NCBI GenBank assembly: GCA_037128175.1
Contig: JBAXWY010000062.1
Location: 1-11,411 of the forward strand
Origin: Methanothrix sp.
Lineage (GTDB): Archaea; Halobacteriota; Methanosarcinia; Methanotrichales; Methanotrichaceae
Length of the DNA: 11,411 nucleotides
Reading direction: 5' to 3'
Below are positions 8,914 through 11,411 of the stretch, in pieces. Position numbers and translations under genes: made by a program. Each line of letters starts with the position of its first letter. Position 1 is the stretch's first letter. The notes under the pieces were generated by a model. That model made no database searches. It saw nothing but the letters and a program-made list of their open reading frames with translations, and was not told the DNA's origin.

Positions 8914-10661
8914 GATCCAGAGTCCGTTTGCTCCTGCTCACTTTATTATCTATTTTTGCTTTCGCATCGGCTAATGCGATAGATGCCGTGGAGATACGTG
9001 GAGCAGTAGCCGGGACAGTAGGCGGCTCAAGCAACCTCATCGACAACTCCTTCACCTGGGACCAGCAGAACTTCGCAGGCTTCTATTTCGACCTTGACAA
9101 GGATCTGTCAACGGAGTCCCTTCAGGTCAATTTAAGCAACGAAAATGTCGATGCAGGAGCCGTTGAATACAAAACATATCCCAAGCCGACCGAGTTTGAG
9201 CATGACATCTGGGGCAATTACTTGGTGCTGTGCTTCTTGGGGCAGAAGTATTTTGCTGGATATCCCGATGATTGTCAGATTGCAGAGGCCTGGAATTCTT
9301 TAGAAGAAGGTAAGATTCTTAGCCAAGTGATTATTGATAGCTCTGAAACGAAGACAATAGCAGACGATGAGATATTACCTCTAAAAGAGGGATACAGTCT
9401 AAAACTATCCGATACAGATGAGGGAGTTAAAATACTTCTATATAAAGGCGGCAATGTTGTTGACTCGAAGGTCATCACACCACCTGCCGATTATGTCTAT
9501 TCTGCATCATTAGGCAATAGGAACGTTACACTTCTGGCTGTGGGCATCAAGGCCAACGTGAAGGCAGAACCAAAAAGCTACTACTCAATAAAGGGACTAT
9601 TCCAAATCTCAGAAAAACCAACCGTGTTCGACCAGGGGGCAGAATATGGTATAATGAAAGTCGCTTCAAGCGACAGCAACGGCTTGGTGTTGAAGAATAT
9701 CGAGGGTTTTAACCTATCAAAGAAGCTTGATCTGGAGCTGATGGATGACTTCGGTCTGAAGTTGGTTAATTCAGAAGACTCTGTTTCCAACACCAGGTTA
9801 TACCTCTATAAGAATGCCACTCAAAATGATACTGCTATCCGAGGTGCAGTCGCAACTGCAGACTTCCAATGGAACCCACACAACTTCGCAGGATTCTACT
9901 ACGATATTAAGAATGACATCGGAACAGAGACACTCAGCACCACATTGTGGGATAATAAGCTGAGCGGCGACTCGCCCTATGGCCTCAAGTATGAGACCAC
10001 TGCTCAGAAAAAGGAATTCGAGTACGAGGAATGGGGGAGTTATAATATTATTGGTTTTCTAGGTAGGAGCTTTCTTATGAGCTATCTGGAAGACAGTCCT
10101 CTACAGCACGCTTCAAAGGATTTCAATTTATTGGGCGATTCGCGGCTGGGGAGAATATTAATCGATAGCGTAGAACGACAGACAATCCAGAATGGTGGCA
10201 CTTTGTCTTTGCAGGATGGATTTGAAGCTAAGTTCTATGTCGACAAATCTTGTAACAAGACTCTGGTCGAACTTTATAGGAATGGCACAATAGTGGATAG
10301 AAACTACCTTAGCGTGCCCGGTACATATATCTACAGAAAAAGCCTTGCAAATGTCGATGATATCGCAGTGCTGGCATTGCACGTGGCCGAAACAGACTGC
10401 ACTCCGGGAAAATCTTGTGTTGTAGATGGCATTTTTCAGATCTCGGAAGATCTTATCGATGTAAATCCAGACACGACCTTTGGTAAGATGACCATCACCT
10501 CGGTAGATGCAAATTACGGGACCATCATCATGGAGAACAAGAACCAAGCCATAACCCTCAGCAAAAATATTGACCTGTCACTGATGAGCGACTTATGTAT
10601 AAAAACCGCCAACAGCGATGAACTTAGGTACTATATTTACAGACCATTAGAATCTGTGTGA
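8910..10661 (+). CDS. Second S-layer domain protein with two DUF1608-like repeats
   Basis: Signal peptide MRSRVRLLLLTLLSIFAFASA; WDQQNFAGFYFD and WNPHNFAGFYYD repeat starts; GLFQISE/GIFQISE; ends LRYYIYRPLESV. ATGA overlap with the upstream gene. Confidence 0.9.
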   Translation: MRSRVRLLLLTLLSIFAFASANAIDAVEIRGAVAGTVGGSSNLIDNSFTWDQQNFAGFYFDLDKDLSTESLQVNLSNENVDAGAVEYKTYPKPTEFEHDIWGNYLVLCFLGQKYFAGYPDDCQIAEAWNSLEEGKILSQVIIDSSETKTIADDEILPLKEGYSLKLSDTDEGVKILLYKGGNVVDSKVITPPADYVYSASLGNRNVTLLAVGIKANVKAEPKSYYSIKGLFQISEKPTVFDQGAEYGIMKVASSDSNGLVLKNIEGFNLSKKLDLELMDDFGLKLVNSEDSVSNTRLYLYKNATQNDTAIRGAVATADFQWNPHNFAGFYYDIKNDIGTETLSTTLWDNKLSGDSPYGLKYETTAQKKEFEYEEWGSYNIIGFLGRSFLMSYLEDSPLQHASKDFNLLGDSRLGRILIDSVERQTIQNGGTLSLQDGFEAKFYVDKSCNKTLVELYRNGTIVDRNYLSVPGTYIYRKSLANVDDIAVLALHVAETDCTPGKSCVVDGIFQISEDLIDVNPDTTFGKMTITSVDANYGTIIMENKNQAITLSKNIDLSLMSDLCIKTANSDELRYYIYRPLESV

Positions 10662-10678
10662 ATCACATTCATTCCGAT

Positions 10679-10777
10679 CCTCAGGCACACGCTGCGCGCC
10701 CCGGCCCTCTCTCGCGCGGAGGCTTGCGCTGCGGCAAGGGTGTCCCGCGCGAGTACGGGCGTGCAGGCTGCCTTAGG
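10679..10777. repeat. GC-rich palindromic element, copy 2 (long form), a rod-like hairpin between convergent genes
   Basis: Nested stems 10679-10687/10769-10777 (8 of 9), 10692-10701/10757-10766 (10 bp, one G-T), 10711-10719/10745-10753 (9 bp perfect) and 10723-10727/10734-10738 (5 bp). Confidence 0.88.
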
Positions 10778-10830
10778 CGGCAGTAGGATAAGGTTGGCGT
10801 CGTGTGGGACAACTCGATGAGCTCTAAGCT

Positions 10831-11091
10831 CTAGGGAGGCGGAGGTGATCTGCATCTCTGGCCCTTCCAGCCGAGCTCTACCTTCCAGTTGTCGTATTTT
10901 AATGAAAATTTTATTTTTGCCCGGTATGAAGCTATTTTTCCATTATCGTCAAGGCTGACGTCTAACTCCGTGACTTCGCCAATTCTTAGGTTCCAAAGGG
11001 ATTTAGACGCCTTGTCGATTGCATTTCTAGCAGCATCCTCCCAGCTGGTAGGAGACGATCCAACTAGCTCGATAACTGTATAAATGCTCTC
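10831..11091 (-). pseudogene. Dodecin-family reading frame with no ATG/GTG/TTG start (pseudogene or non-canonical start)
   Basis: Manual translation: ESIYTVIELVGSSPTSWEDAARNAIDKASKSLWNLRIGEVTELDVSLDDNGKIASYRAKIKFSLKYDNWKVELGWKGQRCRSPPPP*. GGAGG at 11099-11095; upstream in-frame TAG at 11118-11116. The family call is strong, the pseudogene status is uncertain. Confidence 0.8.
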
Positions 11092-11114
11092 TTGCCTCCG
11101 TTGCGATATAATTT

Positions 11115-11260
11115 TCTAAGTTTATGTACTTTGCGTGACTACTCCCACGACTGAAGTCGCGGGCATCTAGGCTTTCGCCACAGACTGTAGTCCCAGTCTG
11201 AGAATATTTTTTGAAGCATTAAGGTCTCTGTCCATTATCAAGCCACATATCAGGCAGTTA
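11115..11260 (-). ncRNA. Predicted TnpB omega RNA (reRNA); boundaries approximate
   Basis: Expected from established TnpB biology. Visible stems: CAGACTG/CAGTCTG (11181-11200), GGC-GAAA-GCC just before the stop codon, and the right-end hairpin. The guide would be the flank after TCAC, GCAAAGTACATAAACTTAGA. Confidence 0.55.
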
Positions 11261-11411
11261 TGGATTCTTTCCGAGAGACCCTTCTTTACGATTGAACCAC
11301 AGCCTGAGCACATCTGAGATGTATAGGCAGGATTGACCAGGACCACTTTACGACCAGCACTTTCAGCCTTGTACGTAACGTAAGTCCGAAATCTATTCCA
11401 GCTTGCATCCA
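11135..11411 (-). mobile_element. IS200/IS605 (IS1341-like) element, right portion
   Basis: tnpB 3' end followed on the minus strand by GATG, hairpin CCCGCGAC-TTCA-GTCGTGGG (11163-11144), AGTAG and terminal TCAC (11138-11135). Confidence 0.92.
11167..11411 (-). CDS. tnpB: TnpB RNA-guided endonuclease, C-terminal 80 aa (5'-truncated by the window)
   Basis: DASWNRFRTYVTYKAESAGRKVVLVNPAYTSQMCSGCG...IHNCLICGLIMDRDLNASKNILRLGLQSVAKA*: YKA, TSQxCxxC, second CxxC and RuvC-III DRDxNAxxNI. Confidence 0.96.
   Translation of the reverse strand, partial: DASWNRFRTYVTYKAESAGRKVVLVNPAYTSQMCSGCGSIVKKGLSERIHNCLICGLIMDRDLNASKNILRLGLQSVAKA

Noticed and set aside
6235-10799. Palindromes as integron attC sites or CRISPR repeats
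   Set aside because: No RYYYAAC...GTTRRRY boundaries (the nearest is GTTGGCG), no integrase in the window, and only two copies with no spacer array.
10889-11083. 64-aa + strand ORF
   Set aside because: Antisense shadow of the dodecin frame.
56-11134. Whole window as a composite transposon, or TnpB guides targeting genes within the window
   Set aside because: Both boundaries are right ends on opposite strands, which does not fit single-strand IS605 excision, and the cargo is housekeeping. I saw no guide match longer than about 9 nt elsewhere in the window.

Overview
Archaeal genomic window, most consistent with a methanogen of the Methanothrix/Methanosarcinales type (inferred from gene content). 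The left part (1-6143) is GC-rich housekeeping DNA: tsr3 divergent from a valS - CYTH - presenilin-like protease cluster, then a small CxxC zinc-finger protein and an AcuC/HDAC-family deacetylase. The right part is accessory. A type II toxin-antitoxin pair and two apparently anchorless S-layer-domain genes sit between two direct copies of a GC-rich palindromic element (6235-6291 and 10682-10768). The S-layer genes share near-identical DNA blocks around divergent cores. Next comes a dodecin-like frame with no canonical start codon, which the ORF track missed. Both window edges carry inward-facing IS200/IS605 (tnpB) right ends; the left one provides the tsr3 stop codon, and a third, decayed end lies at 6898-6932. 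All calls come from reading motifs by eye; no searches were run.
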